64,000 nucleotides of DNA, from IMG/VR virus record IMGVR_UViG_3300045005_000111. One strand, written 5' to 3'. Positions 17,585-26,125 of this stretch are shown here, one piece after another. The stretch comes from an uncultured virus (IMG/VR IMGVR_UViG_3300045005_000111). Its lineage: Duplodnaviria > Heunggongvirae > Uroviricota > Caudoviricetes. The notes beneath the pieces were generated by a model. That model saw only the letters and a program-made list of their open reading frames with translations, was not told the DNA's origin and ran no database searches. Positions within the stretch are counted from its first letter, which is position 1; each line of letters starts with the position of its first letter. Position numbers and translations under genes: made by a program.

Positions 17585-19201
17585 TCAGTTGTTCTTCGGG
17601 TCGAACGGCAGGTCGAGGTCCAGGGCGCGGCCGCCGCCGTCCTTCGATCCTTTCACCCGGCGGTTGGAAGAGACGCTGCGGGCACGGTCCTTCCCGAACT
17701 TCCGGATCTCCTCGATGTTCTCGGGATCGACCTTCACGACCGGAACGATGTCCTCGAGGGCCGCGACGAGCTGAGTTGCCGTCGGGATGCCACGGCTGGT
17801 CTGATCGGCGCTGTACGCAGTGAATCGGGCCGCCGATATCGCCTGCTCGATCTCCGCTCCGACGTAGTCGCGGCTCTTCGAGACGAGCTGCTTCCAGTCG
17901 TCTTTCCCGTACACCGACGGGTCGATGCGGCGCTTCCGCATGTGGATCTCGAAGATCGCCTTCCGCTCTGCGTCGGTAGGCGTATCGACGAAGAAAATTT
18001 CGTCGAATCGACCCTTGCGGAGCAGCTCCGGCGGCATGCCCTTGATGCGGTTCATGGTGAGCACCACGAACGTCTTGTTTTTCTTCGACGACAGCCAGGT
18101 CAGGAGCTGCCCGAAGACGCGCTTGGTCACGCCGCTGTCGCCGGTGCCGTCGATGGCCCCGCCGAGCACCTTGTCGGCTTCGTCGATGAGCAGCACACAG
18201 CCGCCCAGCGCGTCCGCCGTCTGGATGGTCTCGCGGGTTCGCCGCTCGGACTCGCCCACGAGGCTGTTGAACACGGCGTCGAAGTTGAACGTCACCCGGG
18301 GCAGACGCAGCTCACGGGCGATGACGTCGGCCGCGATCGACTTGCCGGTGCCCGGCACGCCGATCATCACGATGCCCTTCGGGAAGTCCAGCCCCAACGA
18401 TTCGGCCTCGGGCTCGTACGCCACCTTCCGCTCGTTCAGCCACGTCTTGAGCTCGTCGTACCCGCCCAGCTCGTTGCCGCCGATGATGTCCTTCTTCGGG
18501 ACGTAGCTGAGCACCTCGGACTTCTGGAGCAGGCGGCCCTTCTCCATCTCGATGGTGTCGATGATCTCCGGCGTGATTCCGCCGTGGCGGACGATGCATT
18601 CGGCCAGCGCGTCCGAGGCGTCCACGGTCGTCAGGCCCGACAGGGCCGTCGCGATCTGGTACCGGAGCGAGTCCGAGCACTGCTTCTTGGTGGGGTCGGA
18701 GATCGACATCCGCACCCCCTCGAAGATCCCCATCAGGTGCTGGTGGCTCGGCAGCGGGTAGATGAGCTGCTTCATGTACGGCAGCAGGTCCTGGTTCATC
18801 GCCGTGCTCGGCGTGAGCAGGATGACCGGACGGCGGTTCTTCTTCGTGTTGAGCGCCTGCCGCTGGATCAGCCCCTTGATGGCGGAGACGGGGCTTGGAT
18901 TCTGCATCAGCTCGTAGTGCGGGTCCCGCATCATGATGATGGTGTTCTGGTCGAACTGCGCGGGAACCGGGATCGACTCGATCGCCTCGGTCAGGTTGAT
19001 GTGCTTGTCGCTGCCGTTCCATCCGTGGACGCAGTCCCAGACCGCAAAGCTGTACCCGAGCTCCTTCGCGATCTTTTTGAGGGACTCCTCGGCCGCTCCG
19101 TTCTGCCCGCCGACGACCAGTTGGACACACTGTACACCGGCGCGGATGTAAAGGGTGATCTGGTCTTCGACTTCCTTGATGTCCTTGAAATTGTTCGTCA
19201 T
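17585..19201 (-). CDS. Ycf46-like AAA+ ATPase
   Basis: Walker A GVPGTGKS, Walker B LLIDEADK, SRH PPELLRKGRFDEIFFVD; degenerate N-terminal AAA domain. Confidence 0.9.
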   Translation of the reverse strand: MTNNFKDIKEVEDQITLYIRAGVQCVQLVVGGQNGAAEESLKKIAKELGYSFAVWDCVHGWNGSDKHINLTEAIESIPVPAQFDQNTIIMMRDPHYELMQNPSPVSAIKGLIQRQALNTKKNRRPVILLTPSTAMNQDLLPYMKQLIYPLPSHQHLMGIFEGVRMSISDPTKKQCSDSLRYQIATALSGLTTVDASDALAECIVRHGGITPEIIDTIEMEKGRLLQKSEVLSYVPKKDIIGGNELGGYDELKTWLNERKVAYEPEAESLGLDFPKGIVMIGVPGTGKSIAADVIARELRLPRVTFNFDAVFNSLVGESERRTRETIQTADALGGCVLLIDEADKVLGGAIDGTGDSGVTKRVFGQLLTWLSSKKNKTFVVLTMNRIKGMPPELLRKGRFDEIFFVDTPTDAERKAIFEIHMRKRRIDPSVYGKDDWKQLVSKSRDYVGAEIEQAISAARFTAYSADQTSRGIPTATQLVAALEDIVPVVKVDPENIEEIRKFGKDRARSVSSNRRVKGSKDGGGRALDLDLPFDPKNN

Positions 19202-19274
19202 CTGCGTGTACCTGGGCTCGTGTGGCGCCAGGTCGGCAGCCTCTTGCTTCCGACGTACCGGCGGTTGGTCTCGA

Positions 19275-20009
19275 TCAGGCCGCCCTCGTGGAGGCCCCCT
19301 GTGGTAAGTTACCGATCAGTCGTTCGACGACGTCTTTGGTGTTCCCGTTGTCCAGCGGCAGACCCTCGAGCTGCCGTACAAGACCTCCGAGCCTGGTCTT
19401 GATCATGTTGTTGATATCGTCGGCCCGGCTCTTCTCCATGTCCCATATCGCCTGGAACATCTCCGGGTCGTCCGAGTAGTCGTAGTTGATGCGGTCGATC
19501 AACGCCCGGCCGCCGTCTTTAAGACCGATGCGCAGTATGTCGGGAGGCTTGATCAGCCCCTCGTCGGCGATCACTTCGCCGATGTACGCGACGATCTCGT
19601 CGCTGAACGGGTTTTCGTCGTCGTCATCAGGAGGGCTCAGAAGCAGCGACTCCGTGATTCCCCAGGCACACTCGGCGGCGTCGGCGGGGTCGAATACCGT
19701 GGGGTCGTACTCGTCGCCGCTCAGGATGTTGCACAAGTGGATGAAGTCCGGCAGCGACCGGTAGAACGAGTCCGTGGTGACGACCGATATCGACGCCATG
19801 AGTCGGTCGAACACCGGCTGCGGAAGCCGCACGTTGAAGTCGTCCTGCACCTCTTCGTGGATGGTCATCGGGTCCCACGTCAGTCCCTCCGGCCCGTACC
19901 GGTCGAGGAACAGTGTGAGAAGCGTCGTCCCCATCGACTCTTCGTTGAGCCACACCCGACGACGCTTGTCCGCGCGGGTGTTCACTTCGTGGTGCAGGTC
20001 CGCCATCAT
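19275..20009 (-). CDS. Hypothetical phage protein
   Basis: GGAGG RBS before MMADLHHE...; 244 aa acidic. Confidence 0.75.
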   Translation of the reverse strand: MMADLHHEVNTRADKRRRVWLNEESMGTTLLTLFLDRYGPEGLTWDPMTIHEEVQDDFNVRLPQPVFDRLMASISVVTTDSFYRSLPDFIHLCNILSGDEYDPTVFDPADAAECAWGITESLLLSPPDDDDENPFSDEIVAYIGEVIADEGLIKPPDILRIGLKDGGRALIDRINYDYSDDPEMFQAIWDMEKSRADDINNMIKTRLGGLVRQLEGLPLDNGNTKDVVERLIGNLPQGASTRAA

Positions 20010-20044
20010 CCGGCCTCCGTGCCGATTGTCTTGGCGCCAAGAAC

Positions 20045-20392
20045 TTACAGCCCTTCCTGAACCGGGTAGTGAGCCCGGATCCGCTTGACGGCGGCGTTCT
20101 TGAATTCTTCGCCCTGGAGCCGATTGCCGTCCGGGCCGACCCACTCGATCCAGCATCCGCCGCTGAAGCCCGGCCGCGACATCCCGATCTGCTTGGCGTA
20201 GGTGAGCACCATCTCTCGGGCCTCCAGGCTGTACGCCTGGTGGATCGTGTCGCACTCGATCGCGATGTCGGCCTTCGTGCCGATCTTCTCGTTGGGGCTC
20301 GGCACGATCTTCAGGCCCAGGGGACTCGGCGGCGGGGCGACTTCGACCGGGCCGGCCTTCTCGGGCGGCAACTCGACTTTCAGTTCGGACAT
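20045..20392 (-). CDS. Hypothetical protein
   Basis: AGGAG RBS, 115 aa. Confidence 0.7.
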   Translation of the reverse strand: MSELKVELPPEKAGPVEVAPPPSPLGLKIVPSPNEKIGTKADIAIECDTIHQAYSLEAREMVLTYAKQIGMSRPGFSGGCWIEWVGPDGNRLQGEEFKNAAVKRIRAHYPVQEGL

Positions 20393-20513
20393 CGAAAACT
20401 CCTGCGGGGGTTGTCGGGCAACGGCATCTTACCCTGACGTGACCGGCTCGCACAGCCGGATCGTTGAAGGGTAAAGGAAAAGTCCAATGGGTAAAGGAAA
20501 GAGCTATACCAAG

Positions 20514-20626
20514 CCCGCCCTGCACGCTCCTCGACTTCTCAGTGGTGGTGTGAACGAAGACCGGTCAATTAAGACCGGAACTAGGTTCACGCCACGACTG
20601 AGAAGTCGAGGAGCGTGCAGAGCGAG
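20514..20626. repeat. Long nested inverted repeat (~110 nt hairpin)
   Basis: Perfect 24-bp arms 20520-20543/20597-20620, inner 11-bp stem with one mismatch, innermost CCGGTC-AATTAA-GACCGG. Confidence 0.9.
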
Positions 20627-20640
20627 TCCGGGGCGCCGCG

Positions 20641-20853
20641 TTAGCGGCGGGTACCCCCGATCCAATCTGGGACTTCCACACCGTGCATTGGCACGGGGGT
20701 TCCCGACAAAAACAGATCCTGCAGGGTGGTATCGAAGCCGCCCTGCAGGCGGCTGGCATTCGCCTCCTCCAGGGAGACACCCGCCGCACGACGGCGCTCG
20801 GCCATGATGCACATCTCTTGCACGGAGACCTGGACTCGAGGTTGATAATCCAC
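20641..20853 (-). CDS. Possible small hypothetical protein
   Basis: 70-aa ORF, GTG start with purine-rich RBS, fills intergenic gap. Confidence 0.4.
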   Translation of the reverse strand: MDYQPRVQVSVQEMCIMAERRRAAGVSLEEANASRLQGGFDTTLQDLFLSGTPVPMHGVEVPDWIGGTRR

Positions 20854-20950
20854 GGGTAACCCCTTTTACCGACGCGGGCACGTCCCCCGATGTGGGGGTT
20901 GCGTGGGCTAGTGCATCGGCAAAGGATTCTGACGGAGTTTTCGCCGGAAT

Positions 20951-21253
20951 TTAGAAGGTCAACTGAACCATCTTTCCGGCGTCGTTCTTGAAAGTTACCC
21001 GCACCTTGTCGGCCCCCAAGTGGTCCTTCAGCTTCTTCCGCTGCTCCGTTGTCAGGGTGCCGATGGCCTTCTTCACCTGAGAGTAGTTGACCGCCTTTGC
21101 CCGGGCCTTCGCCTGGCACGGGGTGCAGCCCGGCTTGGCCGCAATCTTAGCGGCCCCCGCCGTCTTCAAACCCGGAAGGTCCTCGACGAGCTTCTGGTTG
21201 CCCAGCAGCGCGGTGATGGTCGAGTCCTCGATAGTCACGATTTTCTCTGCCAC
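20951..21253 (-). CDS. Small basic protein with CxxC
   Basis: AAGGAG RBS; PGCTPCQ. Confidence 0.7.
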   Translation of the reverse strand: MAEKIVTIEDSTITALLGNQKLVEDLPGLKTAGAAKIAAKPGCTPCQAKARAKAVNYSQVKKAIGTLTTEQRKKLKDHLGADKVRVTFKNDAGKMVQLTF

Positions 21254-21265
21254 GATCGTTACTCC

Positions 21266-21730
21266 TTAAATGGTCGGCGGGTCGCCGATCTTGAGGTCCT
21301 GGGCTTCTACGATTTTGTCCATTGCGTTCAGCGTATCGACCAGAGAAGTGACGTCCTCGACGATCACCTTCCAGGCGTCTTCGGCCTGACTTTGCGACCG
21401 GAATACGAGGTCGACGTAATCGAGACGCAGAAACGACGGAGCCGCTCCGGCGACAGGCTCGCCCTCACCGAACTCCTCCAGATCTGGCGGTGAACACACC
21501 CCGTCGAACTCGTCGGCGGTGTTGCCTTTAGCGTCTGCCTGACGGCGCAGATACCGGAAAATGGCGTTGGGCATCTGATTGGCATCGTGGGCCTCGACGC
21601 GGAATCGGAACCCGTCGATGACGTTGGTCTGGAACCGGGTCTGTACGAGCCGACGCAGGTAGATACCTCGTCCGGCCGACACGGAGGCCGAGCTACTGGG
21701 AGCGGAGCTGTTCGAGCTGCTAGAAGACAT
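21266..21730 (-). CDS. Hypothetical protein with Ser-rich N-terminus
   Basis: AAGGAGG RBS; MSSSSSNSSAPSSSASVS. Confidence 0.75.
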   Translation of the reverse strand: MSSSSSNSSAPSSSASVSAGRGIYLRRLVQTRFQTNVIDGFRFRVEAHDANQMPNAIFRYLRRQADAKGNTADEFDGVCSPPDLEEFGEGEPVAGAAPSFLRLDYVDLVFRSQSQAEDAWKVIVEDVTSLVDTLNAMDKIVEAQDLKIGDPPTI

Positions 21731-21786
21731 TGCCCGCCTCCTTGCGGTTGTGGTCGTTCTGGCTGGTTTGAGTGTACCCGGCTGAT

Positions 21787-21833
21787 GGCTAAAGGGAAAG
21801 CCCGCACCGCCCCTTGCGGGGCGATGCGGGCTT
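21787..21833 (-). terminator. Hairpin plus TTTCCCTTTAGCC tail
   Basis: AAGCCCGCATCGCCCC-GCAA-GGGGCGGTGCGGGCTT on minus strand. Confidence 0.7.
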
Positions 21834-21838
21834 GTGGG

Positions 21839-22399
21839 TCAGTTTCGTCGGAACGACTCCTCGGCTTGCCGAGCAGTCCGGATGTTGTGTCCGGTGCCAA
21901 TGACGTATGTCGTTCTGTTTCGTCCCGACATCATGCTGATCGAAGCCACCCTTTCTGCCCGCCACATCGACATGTACTCTGACCCTTTCCTCCAGCCATC
22001 CTTCTCCATCATCTCGCCGATCAATTTCTCGGCTTCGACCATGCCGATGCTGCCGTCTAGCTCGACGACCACCACCTCCTGGCCTTGCGGCCCGATCACT
22101 GGGAAGCAGACGCCGGCCTCGATTCCCACGGCTTTGCTAGTCGACTTCCAGCCTGCCGGGATGATAGGCCGCTCGTTGTCGAACACGATCTGGCCCAGAG
22201 AGCCCTTCCCGGACACCGGCTCGGCCGTCGGCTCGGCCTTCGGCGCAGCCGGCAACTCCTTGACCACGACCGTCTCGACCTTGGCGCTGTGGTCGAGACG
22301 GTCGATCGTCTTCTTGGTGACGATGATCGAGGTGCCCGACGAGATGAGGGCGACGCCGATAGCCAACGGGATGGTAGCCAACGGGATGGACTTGAACAT
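21839..22399 (-). CDS. Membrane-anchored/secreted protein
   Basis: N-terminal hydrophobic segment IPLATIPLAIGVALISSG; GGAGG RBS. Confidence 0.7.
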   Translation of the reverse strand: MFKSIPLATIPLAIGVALISSGTSIIVTKKTIDRLDHSAKVETVVVKELPAAPKAEPTAEPVSGKGSLGQIVFDNERPIIPAGWKSTSKAVGIEAGVCFPVIGPQGQEVVVVELDGSIGMVEAEKLIGEMMEKDGWRKGSEYMSMWRAERVASISMMSGRNRTTYVIGTGHNIRTARQAEESFRRN

Positions 22400-22445
22400 A
22401 GTAATCCTCCGGTTAGTTCCACCGGCCTGACGTAGGCGGGTGGTT

Positions 22446-22464
22446 CATTGGAAGTGCCGCGTTT
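22446..22464 (-). promoter_or_regulatory. Conserved 19-bp upstream motif, copy 1
   Basis: Minus strand AAACGCGGCACTTCCAATG. Confidence 0.65.
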
Positions 22465-22486
22465 TTGACGTGAATTAAGCTGCGAC

Positions 22487-22528
22487 GGCTAAGGGGGAAA
22501 GTCGTCGCCCCGGGCTTTCGCCCGGGGC
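22487..22528 (-). terminator. Hairpin plus TCCCCCTTAGCC tail
   Basis: GCCCCGGGC-GAAA-GCCCGGGGC on minus strand. Confidence 0.65.
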
Positions 22529-22540
22529 TCCGACCGCATC

Positions 22541-23077
22541 TTAGATCTTCCCCGCCAACTGGGTGATCGCCACCCATGCTGGTACGAGGGCCATCAAGAC
22601 GGCTGCCCACCCCAGGTAGGCGAAGCTGGGTGCCTCCCAGCCCGCCCGCCAGTGGGCCGCCAACGCCGTCAAGACGGCGATCCCCAGGAAATAGGCGACT
22701 GCGACGAACCTCGTCCATTGTAGCTCGTCGCCGAGCCACAGCGTGGTCATCATCGCGGCCGATCCCAACAGGAGCCCGACCGCGTAGCAGCCGGCGACCC
22801 TCCAGCTCCATCCCTGGATGATGTTCTTGCTGAACCAGTCTCGGGGGATGTACACCGCGACCAGTGACACCGTCAGCCCCAGGAACCCTGCTACCAACCG
22901 GTTCTTGGTAACCCACTTGGCGGCGTCGATCACCGCCTGGCGGGCTGTGCTGTTGTCCTCGCCCTCGACGGTGCCGGCGAACATCATCAGCCCGAACAGA
23001 ACCACCAGCACCACGGCGATGAAATGGTGCTTGTTGTCGGAGAAGAAGGCTCCGACTTTCTTCCAGTCGATACTCAT
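22541..23077 (-). CDS. Multi-pass membrane protein
   Basis: About five hydrophobic segments; GGGAG RBS. Confidence 0.75.
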   Translation of the reverse strand: MSIDWKKVGAFFSDNKHHFIAVVLVVLFGLMMFAGTVEGEDNSTARQAVIDAAKWVTKNRLVAGFLGLTVSLVAVYIPRDWFSKNIIQGWSWRVAGCYAVGLLLGSAAMMTTLWLGDELQWTRFVAVAYFLGIAVLTALAAHWRAGWEAPSFAYLGWAAVLMALVPAWVAITQLAGKI

Positions 23078-23139
23078 CGTAATCTCCCTGTACGCGCGCC
23101 GATCCCGCCCCCCGAAGTGGTGGAGCTAGGCCGGTGCAT

Positions 23140-23158
23140 CATTGGAAGTGCCACGTTT
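23140..23158 (-). promoter_or_regulatory. Conserved 19-bp upstream motif, copy 2
   Basis: Minus strand AAACGTGGCACTTCCAATG. Confidence 0.65.
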
Positions 23159-23161
23159 ATC

Positions 23162-24199
23162 TCACGGATTAAGCAGTTTGTTCAGGTAGCCCACCCACCG
23201 ACGTGCCGAATAGGCGTAGTTGAACCTGTCCCACGCCAGTCGACGGGCCTTGTGGACGATGCCCACGAACGTCGGGTGGGTAGCCCGCCGAATGGCGTCG
23301 GCCGTCTGCATCGGAGTCGGATTGTGCGGGAGCGGTACCGTCATCGGACCGTGAACGGGCTCGAACTCGATACGCGCACCGCACGGCGTCATAATGACCG
23401 GCACGTCGGCCATCCACGCCTCGACTGCTGAGAAGCAGAAAGTCTCATAATGGCTGGGTATCACTATGCAGTCCATGACGCCCAGCGCGTCGCCGATGTG
23501 CTGCATCGTGGGCACCACCAGGTGGCGGCCATACGGCAGGTCGTCTATCGAGACCTTGACGTCGTGCTCCATTGGCCCCTCACCGACGACGAACGCATGC
23601 CATCCCGGGCCGAGCATCGGCACCGCCGAGGTGACTGCCAGCGGATTCTTCTCGGCAGAGAACCGACCCAGGAAGCCGACCACCTTGTCCTCCGGCCCGT
23701 ACCCGTAGAACGCCCGCAGCTCCTCCCGGGGCCGGGACGGCACGCACCGGTCGGGGTCGACGCCCGGGTGGATCACCTCGACCCGGTCCCGGGCCGACTC
23801 GGGGAAGAACGCCTTCGCCGTCCGCGACACGCCGACCAGGGCGTCCGCCCGCTCCTCGTGGGCCTGGCCGCAGCAGAACGGGCGGACCGAGTGGGCCACC
23901 ATGACCACCTTCAGGTCCGGCCGCCGGAACCCGTCGAGGTACTCGTGCAGGTGGTGCTGGGTGCCCCAGGTGACGAGCACGTCGCAGTGCGGGGCCACCC
24001 GGGCGACGCAGTCGGGGTCGGTGTACACCGGGCAGTACCGGGCCATGACGTCGCGGGTGCCCTCGTGGACCGGGAGCGACGTCTTGACGGCGACGCCGAC
24101 CAGCCGGACGCGGTCGACCAGGCCCTTCAGCAGCGCGATCAGCCAGGGCTCGGCCCCGCCGATGTTGATGACCTGCGGGATCAGGAATCCGACACGCAT
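23162..24199 (-). CDS. Glycosyltransferase, GT4-like (GT-B)
   Basis: IGGAE, VIHPGVD, GFLGRFSAEKN, PSHYETFCFSAVEAW motifs. Confidence 0.85.
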   Translation of the reverse strand: MRVGFLIPQVINIGGAEPWLIALLKGLVDRVRLVGVAVKTSLPVHEGTRDVMARYCPVYTDPDCVARVAPHCDVLVTWGTQHHLHEYLDGFRRPDLKVVMVAHSVRPFCCGQAHEERADALVGVSRTAKAFFPESARDRVEVIHPGVDPDRCVPSRPREELRAFYGYGPEDKVVGFLGRFSAEKNPLAVTSAVPMLGPGWHAFVVGEGPMEHDVKVSIDDLPYGRHLVVPTMQHIGDALGVMDCIVIPSHYETFCFSAVEAWMADVPVIMTPCGARIEFEPVHGPMTVPLPHNPTPMQTADAIRRATHPTFVGIVHKARRLAWDRFNYAYSARRWVGYLNKLLNP

Positions 24200-24286
24200 G
24201 GCGTCTCCGACGGCTAACAATGAACGGTGAGCTACGGGGTAGCTCCGGGGATTCTGACAGAAAAGAGTCGGGAATTGAACGCCGAT

Positions 24287-24330
24287 GGGTAAAGGGGAGC
24301 ACCCCCGGGCCGGGGTTTCCCCCGGCCCGG
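24287..24330 (-). terminator. Hairpin plus TCCCCTTTACCC tail
   Basis: CCGGGCCGGGG-GAAA-CCCCGGCCCGG on minus strand. Confidence 0.6.
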
Positions 24331-24366
24331 TTCGGCCCCACCACCCGCTTTCCAGCACGGGGTGGT

Positions 24367-25092
24367 TCAGTCGATGCGCTTCGGGGCGGGGGCGTCGCCG
24401 TCGATCTTCCTCGGCTTGCGGCCGTTGGGGGTGCCGGCGACCGGGGCGCCGAGGTCCTTGATGAACGCCTCGGTGGCCGACTCGGCCGCCTCGACGGCGC
24501 TCGTCTCGTCCTCGCCGCCGCCCGACACCAGCGCCACCAGCCGCCGCTCGCCGACCTCGACCGTCACCAGCCGCCACACCATCACCGTCCGGTCGACCTT
24601 CATCGACCACCGCCGGACGCCGCCCTTGACCGGCATCTCCTTGCAGCCCTTCTCCTCGACCCCCTCGATCGCCCCCTCGAGGAAGTCGGCCACGCCGGAG
24701 GTCGACACGTCGCCCACCGTCACGGCCGAGCGGCCGCTGGTCAAGACGTGGACCCGCACCTCGCCGTGGACGACGTCCAGACCCTCCATCTGGTCCATGA
24801 CGAAGTGCTTACCGATCCGCTGGCCGATCCGGACGTCGCTCGTCAGCGTCGTCTTCTCGACCTTCACCGTCGCCGGCGTCGGCTGGGTTTCGCCGAGGAT
24901 GAGCTTCATGCCGGCGCGGCGGCGGGCGTCCAGCTCCACGCCCTTGATCGTCTCGACCTGCCCGTCGGCGTGGGTCACCCGGACCTCGCCCATCACCGGG
25001 GGGCTGCCGGCGTCGACCTTCGTCTCGGTCTTCTTCGTCGTGCAGCCGGCGAGCGCCACGACCGCGAAGAGGGGAATGTAACGGTTCATCAC
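24367..25092 (-). CDS. Putative lipoprotein
   Basis: MNRYIPLFAVVALAG-C lipobox; GGAGG RBS. Confidence 0.75.
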   Translation of the reverse strand: MMNRYIPLFAVVALAGCTTKKTETKVDAGSPPVMGEVRVTHADGQVETIKGVELDARRRAGMKLILGETQPTPATVKVEKTTLTSDVRIGQRIGKHFVMDQMEGLDVVHGEVRVHVLTSGRSAVTVGDVSTSGVADFLEGAIEGVEEKGCKEMPVKGGVRRWSMKVDRTVMVWRLVTVEVGERRLVALVSGGGEDETSAVEAAESATEAFIKDLGAPVAGTPNGRKPRKIDGDAPAPKRID

Positions 25093-25144
25093 TGACCTCC
25101 CATAAACGCCACCGCCCCGCGACGTGCGGGGGCTATAGCGGCCT

Positions 25145-25163
25145 CAATGGAAGTGCCACGTTT
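25145..25163 (-). promoter_or_regulatory. Conserved 19-bp upstream motif, copy 3
   Basis: Minus strand AAACGTGGCACTTCCATTG. Confidence 0.65.
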
Positions 25164-25174
25164 CGGGGCCGGAT

Positions 25175-26125
25175 TTAGATGCCGAAGATGGCCTCGCTCA
25201 GGCCCCGCCGCTTGACGCTCGACCAGAGCACCGTCTTCTTGTCCCCGTTCCAGTGCTTCAGGTTGTACCCCTGCTGCCAGATCTGCTCGCCGATGCAGAT
25301 GTCGCCGCCGTTGTGCGTGATCCGGGGGTCGGGGATGTCGCACATCTCGATAAGATCAGTACGGAGCACCCAGAACGATCCGGTGCCGAAGTGGATCTTG
25401 TCCCCGTTGGACGTCTCGACCCCGCTCTTGTCGCGGAACGGACGGCCGGTGTACCACGACGCACTCTTCACCCACTCGACGTGCTTGGGGAGCATCTTGA
25501 AGAAGTATCGGCTGCCCATCATGCCGAGCTTCGGATCCTTGGTGACCGCCTGGTGCAGGGCGACGGTCATCTTCGAGAACCACTGCGAGTCCACGTCGCA
25601 CATGGTGTCGTCGTCGAACCACACCAACCAGGGGGTGGTGATCGGGTGGTTCGGGTCGTGGAACATGTCCCTCATGGCGGGGTATTTGCGGCGATTGTCG
25701 GTCGACCTGTACACCACCTGCACGCGACCGCTGCGCTGCATGTCCTCGACCATCGCCACTGTCGCCGGATGACACTGGTTGAGGTACACCCGCAGGTCCA
25801 CGTCCTTCGCCGTGGTGGTGGCGGTGATGGCCTTCAGGCACCGGCGGTGCATGTCGTGAAATTCGCCATAGCACAGCACGAAGAACGTGAATCGACCACC
25901 GATCTCGACGGTGTCGATGGCGGTCTGCGCGGTCGGCTCCGGCTGCGCCTTTACCGCCTGGACTGCCAGCGGCGTCTGGATAACCGGAATCGGCGGCTGG
26001 ACGACGGGCAGCGAAACCGCGTTCAGAGGTAGAGGCACGTCTTTGCCGATGATCTCGACTTTCAGGACGGCTCGTCGCCCGTCAGGCAGGGTGATCACCG
26101 TCGGCTGGTCGGCTGTCGGTAGCAT
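25175..26125 (-). CDS. Glycosyltransferase, GT2-like (GT-A)
   Basis: FTFFVLCYG, WLVWFDDD (DxD), HNGGDICIG. Confidence 0.7.
   Translation of the reverse strand: MLPTADQPTVITLPDGRRAVLKVEIIGKDVPLPLNAVSLPVVQPPIPVIQTPLAVQAVKAQPEPTAQTAIDTVEIGGRFTFFVLCYGEFHDMHRRCLKAITATTTAKDVDLRVYLNQCHPATVAMVEDMQRSGRVQVVYRSTDNRRKYPAMRDMFHDPNHPITTPWLVWFDDDTMCDVDSQWFSKMTVALHQAVTKDPKLGMMGSRYFFKMLPKHVEWVKSASWYTGRPFRDKSGVETSNGDKIHFGTGSFWVLRTDLIEMCDIPDPRITHNGGDICIGEQIWQQGYNLKHWNGDKKTVLWSSVKRRGLSEAIFGI

Noticed and set aside
20393..20950. tRNA/tmRNA genes in the intergenic gap
   Set aside because: No cloverleaf or T-loop (GTTCRA) arrangement found by eye; tRNAscan/Aragorn would be decisive
20924..24262. GGATTCTGAC shared at ~20923 and ~24249 as a promoter element
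   Set aside because: Only two copies of a 10-mer, too few to distinguish from chance without the rest of the genome
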